Shown here: one piece after another, positions 62,205 to 64,000 of the stretch
Position numbering within the stretch: the first letter of the stretch is position 1
Layout of the letters: every line of letters starts with the position of its first letter
Assembly (NCBI GenBank): GCA_002633005.1
Contig: NMRA01000514.1
Location: forward strand, 1-64,000
Length of the DNA stretch: 64,000 nucleotides
Direction of reading: 5' to 3'
From: Phoronis australis
Taxonomy: Eukaryota > Animalia > Phoronida
The notes under the pieces: model-generated
What the model saw: only the letters and a program-made list of their open reading frames with translations
Database searches by the model: none
Told to the model about the DNA's origin: nothing
Program-made: the position numbers and the translations under genes

Positions 62205-64000
62205 TACGTAATTGTATGAATATATGATATAACATAAATTTAACCCTATATGAATCTACATGCCGATTTTTGCGAAGATCTATTGATGCCCTCATAGTTT
62301 TTTCAATCCGCAACTATGGTACTCGGATTTGTAGTGTTACTACTGTTACGGCCATGTTGGAATGGCCTAAGTCAACAATTGCGCAACCAATTCAAATAGC
62401 TTGCTAGCTGGCTGTCTCTTCTCTAGCTGAGACCAATCTGGGTGTCTAGTGAGTACCCCTGTCCTGCTGAACACTCCTGATCGGCTGTGATTCAAACTTA
62501 AGTTTTAGACTTTGAGTGTTGCCTTTGTCACACAGGTATGTATGAGGCATAACTTATAAAGCTCTGGGCAGTGAAGGAGATTCAGCCAGAACCACTGATT
62601 AAGCAACAATGCCTGTTATCAGGTTATACTAGTCAGCGTTTCAGTGGAAGTAGGTTCTCAAATCACAGTCTGACTAATATATTTAAACCAACCACTTCCC
62701 TTTCATCACAACTTGAGGAATTTCCTAAGCCGCAGTCTGGTCACATATATACTCTCGAGTTCCGAATAGTCGTATCTATACGATTATTTTTTTCAGACTC
62801 ATTTTCCAGTCTATACGGCGCTTATTCGGGTCTCTACGTTTATTAATTTTCTAACTTTTATCCACTCTCCACGATTATTTGTTTCAGCAAGTTCTCAATT
62901 TTTGTTTTATTCATTACAAATTTGTTACTCCAAAACTTAGCTCGAGACACCGGGTATCGTACCTTGGCCGTAAAATGTGGTGTCTTCGCTATAAACCTCT
63001 AGACCACGAGACACTAGGTTCTGATTTCGTAATTTAGAAGAGCTATATACGACTGCGCGTTAAACACGGAAGTCACATATCATACACATTAAAAGATTTT
63101 ATTCGCCAAAATATACAACTATACGTTTCAAAGCGTAAAATAATCGGACTCCCAAGCAACGGTTTACGCAACGGCTTTCTGTTGGACGGCCAGAATGTTA
63201 TTTTGGACGGGTTCGGTCAGAATTAAGAAAGTGTTGGCAAAATTTAAAAAGCATGAAATGATTACCACTTCTCTTAATATTAACGTCTGACTGCTCAAAG
63301 AAATAGGCCATCAGTAATTTCAGAAATGATGAATTTAATGCACAAAAAATGCATTTTTCAATATTCCGCGCGCCCCGTGACACAGACCGGTGTTACCGGC
63401 AGCTCAACGTAAATATGAAAAAAAACGCTTTCGACGATTTTCTTTGGGTGATCCAATATTTATGATTGCACCCTGTGAAAAACTGGCAAGCCGTACCAAG
63501 TCTTCACTGTGTCTGTCCCCGAAGTTTGGGTTTCCGGGGGAGTAATTCCGGGATTTTGCACAGCCAGTGTCATCTGCGGTTTTCGTCATTATTGACATGC
63601 GCATTCTACATACTTAATCATGTCGTCTGCCGCGCAAAGACCTAAAGAATTCGAGGATTATTTTACAAACCGAGAGATGTTCCAGAGACAGACATTGATT
63701 CAGATGCTGGTACGACAAATAATCCGGCTATAGATACGGACTGTGGTGATAACGCGGCAAGTCGACGAAGCGCAAATACCCGTGCAGTTAATGAACAGTG
63801 CCGAACCTTTCAATCAATCTAGGAGCCAGGTTCCTAGAATCAACAAGTCAAAGACAAAGTACCAACAAGTTGCCGACAACATCGGACATCAGCATTTTTA
63901 CAATTCGCTCCAAACTTGAGAATAGATTGTTTTTATGAACAGGAAGAATGGACCTGTGACAATCTTGAAAATGACATAGTTGCTAACGTTCGACAATCCA

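Noticed and set aside
63380-64000. Possible start of a hAT-like transposase ORF (ATG near 63619)
   Set aside because: Frameshifted and stopped, cut by the window end, with no diagnostic motif visible.

Overview
AT-rich, intron-containing animal genomic DNA; the repeat content suggests a marine invertebrate, but the species cannot be determined from the sequence. The ORF track is mostly uninformative because the genes are spliced, so I built gene models by hand from GT-AG sites and reading-frame phase. Three conserved genes were found: PFDN6 (minus, 4 exons), head-to-head with a C11orf98 homolog (plus, 4 coding exons), and FAM20B xylosylkinase (minus, 8 coding exons). The main discovery, absent from the ORF track, is a tandem pair of paralogous multi-exon minus-strand genes (about 4.4-21.2 kb and 26.8-33.6 kb) encoding secreted prepropeptides. 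Copy B reads signal peptide + 59-aa Trp/Arg-rich cationic peptide (GWFRRAWRRVRRAI...) with a 4-Cys module + GKR amidation/cleavage site + 92-aa acidic pro-region, the layout of an antimicrobial or toxin precursor. Copy A keeps the signal peptide, Cys frame, intron phases and promoter, but its mature region has diverged, one exon is lost and the stop is premature. The rest is transposon relics (L1/Tx1, ISL2EU, Penelope, MITEs, a tRNA-containing solo LTR) and tandem repeats. No database searches were run; family names come from recalled motifs.
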